DNA of 64,000 nucleotides from Phallusia mammillata (Eukaryota): contig OZ281498.1 in the NCBI GenBank assembly GCA_965637545.1, positions 4,588,001 to 4,652,000 on the forward strand. Reading direction: 5' to 3'. The notes beneath the pieces are model-generated. The model saw only the letters and a program-made list of their open reading frames with translations, searched no databases and was not told the DNA's origin. Positions 23,427 to 37,184 of the stretch are shown here, in pieces. How positions within the stretch are numbered: the first letter of the stretch is position 1; every line of letters begins with the position of its first letter. The translations under genes were made by a program, and so were the position numbers.

Positions 23427-25656
23427 CGAAACAAGTGTTATTTTTTTACACCTTTAGATGCAATTTTGTGCAATCGCCATTTTGTTTTAATGTTTTTAAT
23501 TTTTATTTTAAAAAGATGGTGCGAATAATTCATACGTAAATTTGTGCGATATTGCTCATGACATCTTCAGTGAATTTAATGTGCAGGCTGCAAAATTATT
23601 CGCAACTTCATAAAGACACTTACAGCAAAAGTCAAGTCGAAAAGTTTTTGCAGACATTCATCGTTTTGGGTTTGGTGATTACACTGTTGTGTGACAAAAT
23701 GACCCTTTATTGTTTTTTCTAGTGGCGCGAAATTATAAAAACTCATAACATGCTGTAGCCTACAGTAATAGTCGTTTATGCAAAAAAATATTTTTCTGTC
23801 TTGTTCTCAAACTGTTTTTTTTTAATGATGTTGTGCCACTTTATGTAGCAGCACAGGGAAATAAATCTAAATGAACAATTCTCTTAATTTGGCAACTGTT
23901 CGGTTTTGTAACTTGTAAATACAAACAACGCCATGTGGTGGCTGGCACCGCCCGAAAATGGAGTTTCATATTAACATGTCTTGGTCCTATAAATACCCAC
24001 TTTGGGTCGCAAATACCATAAACCTTCGGCAGGCACATAACGCCATGGGTACGTCTATTTATTCAATGTTTTTTATCGTGAACGTGGCCATAAATGTCAG
24101 TAGCTTACGTTGTCATGTCAACTATTTCTAAATAGGTCTACGCTATTTTAGGTACATATTTTTTTCTAATGAAAAAATGACATTTAACAACAAGAAAATA
24201 CAAATCAACATGTCAAATTTCGTCTTTGTCGGGGTATTAAAACCAAATGAATCGTAGTGTAACGCTTGAAACCCGAAAAAGCGAGACAAAAATGAACAAG
24301 GAACTCACACGAAAAACGTTTGACTGTGCTGTAGAATTCACAATAAAACTATTTCACTCACTCTGTATATCTGTGCAGATTTCATGTTTAAACGATGTTT
24401 TTTTATTTAAACACGCGAGTTTTCTAAAACGTATCTATCCATCACTAGTTGCCTACAAAAAGACATGCGCTCTTATTAGCGACTGATTTTTAATCAAAGG
24501 GAATAGTAGACGCAAATCGGGATTTGAAATTACCAGTTTCAAAATTCGAGTGCGACTTCAACGCCTAGCAAATCAATCAGGTCAGTATATATTGCCTATT
24601 AACAAAGTGTTTAGTTTCATACCGGATCGTTTTGTTGTAGCCAGCACACACACACATATATATCAGTCGTCGAACGTGAGTTTCTTTAGGCGTCATAGAC
24701 AAACAGATCCTGTTTAAATTGTTCTGCCCTTTTTTGTCGCGGATTTTATTGCCAAACGATACTCGTTTTCCAAACAAGATTGGGCAGGATCGTTTAGAAT
24801 GGGTGAAACAGAAGCAGGTATAGACATATTTGAGTTGGTAAGATTCACCCAATTTGTTGTAGACAGGCTTAGCTATTCCGCGATTTGTCAAATATGTAAG
24901 TTATGGAACTTTTCAAGCGTGCAGCGCATCGAGAAGCTAAATTTTCTTTCCGCGACACACTTTGTGGGCAAACATAACAAAATTTGTAAAAAAAAGTGTT
25001 AGTTTGCAACTTTATTGTGGTAAGGTTATTTTTTTGTCTTTAATAACAATAAATCATTGAAACGTTGTGATGCACACCGGCAATTCGTCATTAAGTCCCG
25101 AAACACCAGAGAATGTTTGCACTTAAAAATACCAAGGTTTTCGCGGAACTTGGAACAGTTTGAGAATCACTGCTAGAGACAAAACTCTATCTGAAGGTTG
25201 CCCAACCAGTTATGCGGAAAAGGAAGTTCAATGTGTCAAGTGGTAAAACCACAATTCACTTGCTTTTAAAACATATTTCACTTAGCACTGTTTACCTTTT
25301 TTCCTGTATAGCACCTATAGCGTATGTCGAAAGCGAAAGTTACAAAATAACATATATTCCTTATGGGCGGTATTGAATACAAGACCGTATTTTTCTAAGA
25401 TTATTTTACGATAGACATAAAACATCTGCGTTTTTTTTCATTTTTTACAATTTGGCAAGCATTTAGTTTATACCACTAACTACAAAAGGAGTGCAGTGTG
25501 TTTGTCAGCTTAGTCATTTTCGCTCAGTATTATGCGCGGTTTTAGTACTTATTTTGTTGTTTTAAGTTGTTTTTCAATTTCTAGTCACTGTGACAACTTT
25601 TGGGTTGTTTAGTTTAAACAAAGAAGAACAGTAAAACATTTTGACACACTTTAAAA

Positions 25657-28600
25657 ATGAAACACAGACATCTAAACCTTGTGACTCTGTGCTTTATGGC
25701 GTTGGGTTTGGTTAGAGCAGATATTACAATATTTGAAACATCTGGATCAGGTGACACTTCAGTCACTACCCAAACTGCAACCACTTTAACAATGACAGAT
25801 GCTTCCAGTGACAGCAATACAGATGGTAGCGGATTTACGACAATAGTTACTACCGATGATACATCATTTGGAAGTATTGATACTATAGAAACTACAGCAG
25901 AACCTACAACGGAAAGTTTTACAGGTACAACAACAATCGGTATCGATGACACAACATTTGGAAGTGGTGATACTACAGAAACTACGGCTGAACCTACAAC
26001 GGAAAGTGTAATAAATACAACAATAGTTACTACCGATGATACTTCATTTGGAAGTATTGATACCATAGAAACTACAGCAGAACCTACAACGGAAAGTTTT
26101 ACAAGTACAACAACAATCGGTATCGATGACACAACATTTGGAAGTGGTGATACTACAGAAACTACGGCTGAACCTACAACGGAAAGTGTAATAAATACAA
26201 CAATAGTTACTACCGATGATACTTCATTTGGAAGTATTGATACCATAGAAACTACAGCAGAACCTACAACAGAAAGTTTTACAAGTACAACAACCATCGG
26301 TATCGATGACACAACATTTGGAAGTATTGATACTACAGAAACTACGGCAGAACCCACAACAGAAAGTTTAGCAGATACAACAACAATGGTTACCGATGAT
26401 ACGTCCTTCGGAAGTATGGATACTACAGAAACTACGACTGAACCTACAACGGAAAGTTTAGCAGATACAACAACACTAGTTACCGATGATACGTCATTTG
26501 GAAGTATGGATACTACAGAAACTACGGCTGAACCTACAACGGAAAGTATAACAAATACAACAATAGTTATCACCGATGAAACATCATTTGGGAGTATTGA
26601 TACTACGGAAACTACGGCTGATCCTACAACGGAAAGTATAACAAATACACCAATAGTTACTACAGATGAAACATCATTTGGAAGTATTGATACAACAGAA
26701 AGTACGACTGATCTTACAACGGAAAGTATAACAAATACACCAATAGTTACTACAGATGAAACATCATTTGGAAGTATTGATACAACAGAAAGTACGACTG
26801 ATCTTACAACGGAAAGTATAACAAATACACCAATAGTTACTACAGATGAAACATCATTTGGAAGTATTGATACAACAGAAACTACGACTGGAGCTCCAAT
26901 GGAAAGTTCAACTACAGGTATAACAACATCAACAGAGTATAACAACCCAAAATCGATATGTATCAAAAAATACAAAAGTTCAAATTTACATTCTGCGTGA
27001 TTGCACCCTTTAAGTACCTTTTTTAAGTTCTATTAAAACAACAAACCAGATCAAGGATCTTTAAAGGATAATCAAAAAATACATACAGATAAACAAATAA
27101 AGGTCGACAGCATGCGAATTCGTGTTCTTGATTAATTACATGCATTAGGCCTTGATTAACTTTAAACGTTTTTCGTGATATGCAAAACACTCCAAACTAA
27201 CTGTTATTGTAGCTCCGACGTGCGACGCAAACCCATGCCCTAACCCTACGACCTGGTGCAATGTCACAAACGCGAAAATAACGTGCCCATGTTTACCTGG
27301 TTTCGTGGCAACAGGTACTGGATCGTGTACCTTAGGTATGGGTTTTTGTTTGTTGTAGAAATTCGCACGTATCTTCTACTTATATTTTTCAATTCAAACT
27401 CAGCTTTGGTGTTTGGAGGCATTTTGTACCTGGATAGTGGCAACCAAAGTACCAAACGTCGTCGCAAAAGAGCCACTACCACTCCAAGCGAAGCAGACAT
27501 TAAATCATTGGTACGCTATTATTCGGTATTGTTCACTCTTTTGGTATGCTGCCTTTCCTCGAAGTGACTTGCCATGTTTTTTGTTTATAAGGTTTATGGA
27601 CGTTACGTTAATGATTAAAGTGTGGGTTAAATAGGATGCACCTTTAATAAAACGACATCCTTGATTCTATATTTTGATACATCAGCTTATAGATGCCTAC
27701 AGCAGTTCCAAATTCTTCATTAATACAAATGTGCTGTCAAATAATGAAACGACATGGAACTACCAGGTTCTTTTTGAACCCAATTCTACAGTTCAAACTT
27801 CTTACGTACAATCGTTGTTTCAAAATTACGTGGACCAAAACGTAAGTAGTAGTAAAGACTGTATTCGTAAACTTTTGTTTGAAACGAAAGGTGGGCTTTA
27901 AAATACTGCTTCAAAATAATAATTGATGATTGACAGTTTTAAGACGTGTTGTCAATAGCTATTATTTTTTACTGATATTGTTGTTTTAATTACCGTGAGT
28001 CATATAACATTATGCTGACAAAAGTATTCATCTTTTTACGAATTATTTTCAGTGTTCTTATGGGGTATGTACGATAAACAGCATCAACATTACGATCAAC
28101 GTTAATTTGTCGATCGAAGCCGCTGGAAGTACTGTTATTTACAAATACTATACAAACTTACATATATTTTACACATATTTTTATGTTGTTGTACAGCGGT
28201 TGGGTCAGTTGTTTGCGAATCTTCAAATGTAACCGGCTATTGTGACACCAGCACCTCCAGTTGTAACTCTACCAATGGCTACGTACAGTGTTCGTGTTTA
28301 AGCTCTTTTGTTGCATTGCCAAATAACGCCAGAGAATGCCAAGGTAAACCCGACGTATATTATGGATTTGTTCACTCATTGGACTTTTTTTATTCTTGTT
28401 TGATTCTGTAAATGTCAAAATGCGTTTTCGCAGTGCAATTGCAAGTTATCATCGTTTTTCTATTATTGCAATTAACCTGGACAGGTTAGCCAAAACATAT
28501 TAACCTGGCTGAGTTAGCAAAAAAACACATAAACTTACATTACAACGTATTAGAAACTACTTGCAGTCGAAAAAACAGACAATCGAAATTGTACGTTTAT

Positions 28601-29168
28601 ACATGTGAGCCTACCAATTAAAAATCTTTTTTTGTCAAGCTGTTTTATGTTCCACCTCTGAACACTGCAATTCGCCTTTCGGTTCATGTGATCGAAGTGG
28701 AAATGATGGAGCTGGAACTTGCTCGTGTACATTTGGAGTGGAAGGGGAAACTTGCCACAGTCGTATGTTGTATTTGCTTATGTACAAAACTTTGGTCTAA
28801 CATTAACAAATGCAATTGACAATCACGCAGCGTGGCTTCTTGTCTTTGTAATATGCATATGTACCATCGGTGGAATTGCCATTGTTGCCACAATCGTGTA
28901 CTGCGTATTACGGAGACGAAAAACAAAGCATGAGGAGTTTGAGGCAAGTCGATGGAATCTAGACGACCATGCTGAAAATGATTATGGAGTAAGTACAGAA
29001 AAATATTGTACGTTTATCCATCATTACAACAAGCTAAACAAAAACAACTTATAAATCACAACATAGCAGGCAAGCAACACTAATCACACGAATCAAGTTA
29101 GATTTAAGTATTTGTCGTGCGAAAAGTTGTAGGCTAAAATCCCGCCTCGGGCTTCTATACGGCAATGA
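25657..29168 (+). CDS. Type-I transmembrane mucin-like protein 2 (paralog of mucin 1)
   Basis: Signal peptide MKHRHLNLVTLCFMALGLVRA. Exons ~25657-26917, 27213-27335 (EGF), 27404-27510, ~27688-27841, ~28053-28128, ~28198-28342 (EGF), ~28641-28761 (EGF), 28831-28988 (TM: WLLVFVICICTIGGIAIVATIVYCVLRRRK), 29133-29168 (AKIPPRASIRQ*; last exon less certain). The exon order and phases are the same as in mucin 1. Confidence 0.85.
25840..26900 (+). repeat. Coding tandem repeat, 90 bp / 30 aa unit, about 12 copies
   Basis: Unit TTIVTTDDTSFGSIDTIETTAEPTTESxxx. The early copies alternate as a 180-bp A/B dimer and the last copies are nearly identical. Confidence 0.95.
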
Positions 29169-31167
29169 CACGTATATGGAGAATACACTGGCCGAACTGC
29201 ATTAGTTCGCTGTGCATTTCAAACGATGCTACCACCCTGAAAATTTGTACTGTGAATGTTTATCGCCATTTGATCCTGATTGCAAGACAAAAACTACCTA
29301 CTATTTAATCAAATCCATAACTGACAGAAAGCTTCTGTGCATAGAATACGCCTAAGTACAGACGTTTTAACAATCGCTGTTTTGAACACAAGATAATTTG
29401 CAGTTATGATTCAGATTAAAATACTTTTTTAAGTCCGTGTATATCGGGTTTGTACACATTTTATTCACAAAAAGTGAGACTTACTAATTTTTTGCAGTAA
29501 GTTGCATATTAAAGTTTTAAGACAAACGCGATTGCGATGCCTAAAATTGTTTGATTTTTAGGATAGTCCAAGTGGTTTCGGATTTAACATTCCTCGCAGG
29601 ATGCGTGCAAGGGTTCCTCGTGGAGCGGTAAGTATAGCGTAAAAATGTTGCGAGAAATTGGGTTTTGACAACAACTAAAATATATATTTGTTGCTTTAGG
29701 AGGGGTTTTACTCTTTCAAAGAAGACAACTAATGCAAACCGCACACAATACTTGTTTAGGTGCGGCGGATATGTACAAAACACTTGCGACCAAACAAGTT
29801 ATACTTTTTGATGTTTTCTTCAATGCGAAGTGCATATATGCTTAGTGCTTGCGTTCTGTTAGTTTTAGGCAATCTGTTTGCACTATGAAGGCGGAGTTGG
29901 AATGCGTACGACCTTTTATGCTTCATATTTACCCTGAACAGTAATATTCGACGTGAATTCCCGCCTGAATGAGCAAACAGTGTTGACGCGTTTACAAACG
30001 CCTTAAAACTTAATTTGTCTTTGCCGTGTGTCAATTTGAAGAACTGCGGTATGTTAATAACGGCACTTTAACAACAGTCCACAACTTTGTCACAAATCGA
30101 GTGGCGTGGCGAAGTTGTATCTTTTACTGTGGTATGTTAATAAAGTAGCTTTCTCGTCGTAAAGAAGCTCATAACATAGTTGTTCTAAGAAACTTCTAGG
30201 GAACAAAATTACATTCCAAAACCTACTATATACGCTACGCCAATAAAAAAACCCATTAGTTTGGGCTGGTCCTTTTGTCATTTTTCCTAAGTTTTTAACC
30301 GTGCACTCTAGTTCATTTTTCTTCTTCTGTTCATATTGCGTTTATGACTTTATCCACTAGGTGGCAAAGTTGAGCCGTTTAAAATACTCGCTTAGTGTTT
30401 TGTCAGGCGACAAACATTGTATTTCATGCCATATTTGACATTTTGTTCGCGTTTAAACAGCTATATGTACAGTAGCATTAGCAAGAATGGGCCATGCTTT
30501 CTATTTGTACAAATACTGAACATGTGTTAAGGGCAGCACAGCTTGCCAATAAATGAATATTTTGTAGAAAAATTGTACTTTGTATGCTGTTGCTTCTTTA
30601 ACAAACATTTATCATATTTGCCCATGAACTTTTGCATGCCCCGCCTCATTGATACGCAGTGAGTGTGATTCCGTTTATTTGACAAATAATCTCTTTTTGT
30701 ACAACCTGTGTGCCACAATGACGTGAACAAAATAACAGCACAAACACAAAACGGCAACAACATGGCTCACAAAACGCAACGCTGTTTTGTAGTTAGCCGA
30801 CCAGGGCTTAAGAAATTTCAACATTCATGTAAATCATGACACACTCTCGAAATTGAACCAACGCAAACCAGAAGAGGTTTGTCTGGTGGTATAACTTAAT
30901 GTAGGTGATTTTAACAGTGAATCTAATATGTACATCAGCAATGATTGCAAGTAACATAGCGCGCAGTTGAGCGGACAAATGTCATAGCAACTGAAGAGCA
31001 TCGACAGGTGGTAGAATCGCACGGAAAAAGCCATCGCCATTGAACTAAACAATAAGAGGGGAGAAACATTGCAAAAACACAAGAAAAAGAAAGAAACACA
31101 AAGGAATGCTAAAAAATAATATACAAGAACTTTCGACTAATAGCGTGAGAGGAAGTGTGAAGAACGC

Positions 31168-34100
31168 TTAAGAAATAAACTTGGTCAGATCAAAGTTTGA
31201 CGGCACAGCCTCGCGAACGGCGTCCAAAAGGGCTTGGTTGTCAGGATTCCCTGGGTTTTGACAGCAATGACGTAAATTGGCCAAGTAGGAGCGGAAATTT
31301 TCGCGAGTTGGGAATTCCTGGGGAAGTAAGGGGTAAAAAGTTCAGTTCAAGTTAAGAATTTATTACAGTTTTATTAACAAAGAAATAGTTATCTTAACGC
31401 TTTTTCGAAAGAGTCAAGACACTGTTTTATTTACACTGAGTTATAAATCAGGCCTACTAAACCTTAGTTGTAGCGCCCACCACTGGAAGTTTTTAAACCA
31501 AAAAGTTTGAGATGCCTCGTTTTAAACTCTTTTCTTTGTTTACAATAGGCCAAAATTTCAAAGAAGTTTTTTTGGAGCTTGACAATTTGTACACTTACCC
31601 GGGAATGGGGCAGAGCGATCCCGGCCAGATATCCGAGTAGTTCACGTTCTGATTCTTGTGGTTCGTCCTGCTCGTTTTCGCTTTTTTCGCTTTCCAAATC
31701 CATGCGACTGTCCAAGGCCTGGTCAGTGTGCTGCGAAATAGTAAAACACGGTTTATTAACTTTGTCGCTTACCTTTGGGTCGAATAATAAATAAAAAGGG
31801 ATCTACCTCTGTCTGATCAGGAGTTGGGATATCGCTGCTTTTGTCAGTTTCATTTAAGTTGGTCTGAGTCTCTAATGGTTGTGTTGCTTCGCTACTACAA
31901 AAACAAAAACAAAAGTTCTATAATGTGTAAAAAAGCATCCCGCTGTCAAATTCCAATATTTGACAGAAACACACTTACATGGTTCTGGGGCAGTCGAGTG
32001 ATTGTTGTCGGTTGTGGACGCTAACGCGCTCGTCAATTGGATCCGAAGTGTTTCGTTCGCAGCGTCTGTCGTCCAAGTTTGTTAAAGCGAAATACGAATC
32101 GCGTGCCATGGCAAAAGGAACGCGCTTATGAATCATGCTCGGCATATCGTAGCTGTCACTGCGCGGTGATGCCTTCGTGGTAAACACTAAAACGAAGATG
32201 TAAAAACAATTACCATCTAGCTAAGGATGCCTAACAAGGATGTTGGTTGTATAAAATCTTATCTCTTCAATTGCCGCACCTTTCTGCTCAGGTTGACAGA
32301 GGAAGTGTGGTTTATTGTGCTGTTTGTCTTCTATATTCTGTTGTGACAACCCGCCAGTGAAAGACTGCGATGTGGAGGCCGATCTGTTTATGTCAAACGT
32401 ATCATCGTTCGCCATAAGATTGTTTGCGGCTCCAGGGGACTTTGACATTCCATGTTGGGAAGCACGATTTTTTCTTGCCAAGGGACAACCTGACGAGCTG
32501 CAATTTCACAAAACGTTTAAATGCGACAAGTGAAACCACTTCCCTGATAAAAGATATAAAATACGAACAACAGAATTATGACCAATTGTTGGCCTTTTAG
32601 ACGTGGAAAATCCACTAACACCATACCTCACGGGATACCCACGTTTTCGATAGGTGGCGCAAAGAGCACTTTTCACATTTAAAACGTTATATCTCTAAAA
32701 ATGCCCACGGCTATTAAGGTCGGGGTAAGGTTTAGTATTTAAAATTCAATAAAACTAGCAAAAGAACTTATTTACTAATGTAAAATTTGTAAAAACCTCT
32801 TTGGCCGCTAAATAAATAATTCAGCTCTTTACGCCACCTGTCGACAGTGGGTCTCCCGTGAGGTATGGTGTTAATAGCTCTACCTTCAGTTAATGATTGT
32901 CACAAAATTTTCTACTTATACCTTCTATGGGACGTGTAGTTTCCTGTGACGTGTCCTGAACCGTCGCATCCTTCGGTTGGGCACCTGATAATTCAACGAA
33001 ATCTATTAAACTGTTGCCTTGTTAAGGTTACTGGAGAGGCCTAGATGTGACACTTACTTCATCTCTGAGGCGCAGGCTGTGACCAATCCTCTGGGAGCAA
33101 GTGGGCATCCTGACAAGCTTCTGTGTGACGTGTAATTGCCTGTAGAATGTCCACTTCCGTCGCATCCGGGCATTGGACAAGTAAGCAGCTCTTTCTTTTT
33201 CCCGGGAATCTTCTGACGCATGGGCGCCAACCTGTAATGCGACAACCGCTTTTCAGTGAAATGCGTTCGCCCCGCGTCTCGCACACAGTAATCAAAACAA
33301 GAGTGAGCTTCAAAACACACGCCAGTACTACTCAAACATGCGGAAGTTGACTTGTTGCAGAAAGCAAACTTACGGAAACGGCACGTTCGGGCTGGCTCCA
33401 GTCTTCACCAGCTCGCGTAGTGCTGCTGGAGAGAGTTGGCTGTTTCGGTCCAAAGCCGCGTCGTTGGGTGACAGTTCACCGTTGTAAGGTAGAGAATGAA
33501 AAGATGGCGACTGATGTGGACTCGGATGAACTCTCTGCAAATCCTTGACATGGAGATTGGAGTTGTTCTCACACATTGCGCCCCCGTATGATCTGTAAGA
33601 CATATTATGTTAGTCTATTACCTTGCGGCATGCAAACTGAATAACGTACCTCTGTGACTGTGCGAAAAATTGGGCTTGTGAAAAGGGCGCTGGTCTGAAA
33701 CGTTCAAACCCAATCATGCTTGGATGATGTTTTTCACCAGCAGGCTCTGACTTTGGCGTTGAATGTTTCAAAGCATTTGGGTGAATCGGTTGAAATCCGG
33801 ATTGCAACAAAAATTTAAGATGGCGTTCCTGAAACGTAACAAAGAGTCAAAACTACACCACTCAAAAACATTGAAGCATATAAACTATATCAAATTTACC
33901 CGATCTGGTTTCGCATCATCTACCATCTTGCTCATTGGGGATTTTTTGTTTGGTGCTTTTTGTTTTGTCGGTGTTGAGAATGCAACAGGTGATCTTGGAA
34001 TCAAGGGTGGAGACGAATTGCGCGATGAAGGTTTTACAGTGAGATCCAGAGCCCCATTTCCAGCTGAAGAAGGGTCGTCACCGACAATGGTTTCACTTCG

Positions 34101-37100
34101 TTCCCTCTCAACCGACTTGGTCGCAGGCTTTGGGTCTCGACTCGCAATTTTGAGCAGCTCACCATCGTGTCCGGGACTATCGCCATATCCAGAGTCTCTC
34201 CTCTCGTCGTCCTTTTCGCTTTGCTCATCGGATCTAACAAAATTCTCTTCGGTCTCCGAGGGCCGTTCTTTTTCTTGCACACCGACTAGAGGAGCTGGCA
34301 ACTGCATCCTGCGCTGGTCGAAGAATGGGTAAAAGGGCAATAATCCAGCGGAATGCTGAAATCGGCTGAGAACCTCTTCGGTCAAGCGGTTGGTTTCGCG
34401 CTTTTGGGCTTCTTGCTCCGGCGAGCATATAATTTTTGCGCGTTTTACCGGGTTGTGCGCCATGTCGCTATCGGTAGCTCGATTCGGTGTGGTTGGTGGA
34501 CTGCTACCCACATTAGGTGAACGCCTCATGATGGACTCGATGCTATGAGTAACTTCTGACGTCTTCGGAGGGGGAGATGGTGGTGGGGAAAACGATCTTT
34601 TTCGTTTGGGCGAATCAGCACATTCGCTTTCGTGGGATTCCACCCTCACGCTGTTTCGTCGCGGTACTTCATTCAATGCAATGCGATTTCTATCTACCAG
34701 CATCGGCTGATGAAGCTGTAACATAACAAAATATCGTTAGTATTTTGCGCAGTGTAGGAAACAGGAAATGCTCAAATGACGTACCCGCAACATCATCTGC
34801 TGCTGAATTCGCATGGCTTCCATCGCAGAAGCAAATATCTTGGCCTGTGCAAGTGACTGTTGACTGGGCGGGCTGTAATACGGTAGCATCAAACGCGGTT
34901 TCAAACTGGCATTGATTTGGTTAAAGCGTTGTGTAGCCTGTAATGAAGAATATAAATATTATGTCAAACGGCGCTCAATTGTCTTGCGTCATTAGTGGAA
35001 GCAGAATTTTGTACTCACATTTAAAACCACGTTGCCTGCGGTTTGTGTGGTTTCCCCTCGACTCGGAGTAAGACTGTCCCTGGTTTGTTTGGACTCCTGC
35101 GTTAAATGTTGTCAGTTGCACTTGCGTCAACAAAGCTAATTCCAATAAATTACATTACTTACTTGTCGGGGTTCACTTTTTCCGTAAGGTGGTGGCAAAT
35201 TCAAAGCTGAAGCGGGAAATTTGTCCCTGTCCATGAATGGATACACCAAGGGTCCTTGCTTTTGAAATTGTGAAAAACTGGGCTTTCTACCATTAGGCTG
35301 TTTCGTATCGGCTCGCATTTGCTGTTGCATTCGCTTGTTTTGGGCCGCGATTGGGCATCCAGAAACACTGTTCAAGCAAAGAATTGTTTTTGTAAATAAT
35401 CAAACTCAGCATTTGTTTAAATTGCCTCAGAGACTTGGGTGTATTAAGAACGAATTTGCTGTATACCTGCGATGCGTTTGCCGATTGCCATTCACGTGAC
35501 CCTTGCCGATGCATCCAGGAGTGGGGCACTTGACAGATCCTTCATTCAGGGCTTGAATTGCTGCAGAACAAATTACCCTGTTTCTATTACTGAAACTACA
35601 ACCAATACCCAATCAGTGAAAAGAGGTTTACCATCTTTGGGCATTTGATCCTTCAACGGACAGCCACTGAAGCTGCGATGATGGGAATACAGTCCTGTGA
35701 TGTGGCCTTCTCCTCGACAGCCTGGGGTGGGGCACTTGCTGTCTTTGCTGTAGTTGTTTCCCGAATTAAAACCGAGATGGTCACTCGGGCCTTCACGCTT
35801 TTGATTCGTCGGTTGCGGTGATATTAAATCTTTAAAAGTAATTTTAATCTATCATAACAAAGTCATGCCAAAACCCTACGTAAGTAAACTTTTCATACCT
35901 TTTGAAACCATGTGTTGCGGGTTTGGGCGAAAACACTGCATGTTTTTCATGCGTTGATCGGAAGACGGGTTTCTCGTTTGGTTCAACATTTCCAAGTTTA
36001 TTTCCTGTGATGTGTGCATAAGTCGGGCCTCTGATGTCGATGCGTCCTTATCACCTGTTGGGTCGGGGTTGAAAGTTGAGCTGGTTTGATCCGCAAACTC
36101 GCGGCCACTGCATTCTGAAGTAGCGACGGTAATATTGTTTTCGTTGTCACTTCGAACTGGTTCTTCTCGGATCAAATCTTTTCCATCACGTGCTTCGTCA
36201 CACATGACTGCGTCTTGATGCGTGTCGGGCGGTGACTGTGGTGGACTTATGTTTGATGGCTCTACATTTAGGCGGCCTTGTTGCATAGCAGCGTGTGGGG
36301 GGAAACCCATTCGGCTACCGATTAATTTCGTAAACATTTCCAAAAAGCGATTGGAATTTTGCATCTGAAATGCTGGAAACTGTTCCATGTTACGTTCGCA
36401 ATCGGCCTCAGCTTCGGGACTACTGCTTCTCACGCTTTCGTCGCTAGACGGCGTATGAACGTCGCTGCGAGTTTCGAAAGCGTCCGATTTTTCTGTGACG
36501 GAAAAGAAATCGCATTTTAGGAATAAATTTCCACTTAAACCAATTACAGCATCCCAAGGATTTTTTCTACAATACCTATCGGTTGAGGAGATTGTCCACT
36601 GGTGTGAGATTTGTCTTCAGAAAACCTCGAATTGTCTTGGCTGTTCACAGATAGGGCATAGCTGCAAAACGTCAAAATTTTAATTTGCAATCAATATCAA
36701 GAGCAAGACAAAACGTGAGTTCATTAAAGTTCTTTTTTCAAACGTTTTGTTTTATAACTAGAATAAAAGTTATTTCCGGGTGATAAAAGACAGCGCATTT
36801 AACGTCGTTTGTCGCAATGTTTTGTGGAGTTGATGTCCCGCCTCAGTCGCCGCGTGATCTTTGCAAATTAACTAAAACACCGTTTCCGCTTGCTCTCTTT
36901 TCTGACGATGGCGGAAAGATACAGTTACTTTGTACGTAGAAGTGTCCCCGGTCGCCGCCCGCATTGTTGCGTCAACAATCGAACTATAAATTTGGGACGC
37001 CAGATGACTTTATGACTGGAAACTGGACCAGTCAGAATAACATCACATGGAGATTGGCTTAACAATGACAAAAGAATTAAACAAACAATTAGCATCAGTT

Positions 37101-37184
37101 TGCATACCTGAATGTATTCGATTTGTCCGCAACGTCGCTTGAGTTCGGCAGAACACCCATGACTTGAGCCACAGCGGTATCCAT
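31168..37184 (-). CDS. MYT1: Myelin transcription factor 1-family C2HC zinc-finger protein (MYT1/MYT1L/ST18 ortholog)
   Basis: Four C2HC fingers: [107 protein letters not shown]. An NGALDLT motif is present. The C-terminal exons LAGIALPHS|[15 protein letters not shown]...[13 protein letters not shown] resemble the vertebrate MYT1 tail. The first coding exon is 37184-37108 (MDTAVAQ..) and the last is 31317-31168. Confidence 0.92.
32616..32873. mobile_element. Long-TIR (~50 bp) MITE in a MYT1 intron
   Basis: The left arm TAACACCATACCTCACGGGA..GATAGGTGGCGCAAAGAGC mirrors the right arm GCTCTTTACGCCACCTGTCG..TCCCGTGAGGTATGGTGTTA. The flanks are CTAA/TTAA. Confidence 0.85.

Noticed and set aside
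25614-26975. 453-aa antisense hydrophobic ORF
   Set aside because: It is the exact antisense of the mucin 2 repeat exon, a codon-bias artefact.
30834-31082. 82-aa minus-strand ORF as a MYT1 terminal exon
   Set aside because: The homologous terminal exon with a stop codon is 31317-31168, so this ORF falls in the probable 3' UTR.
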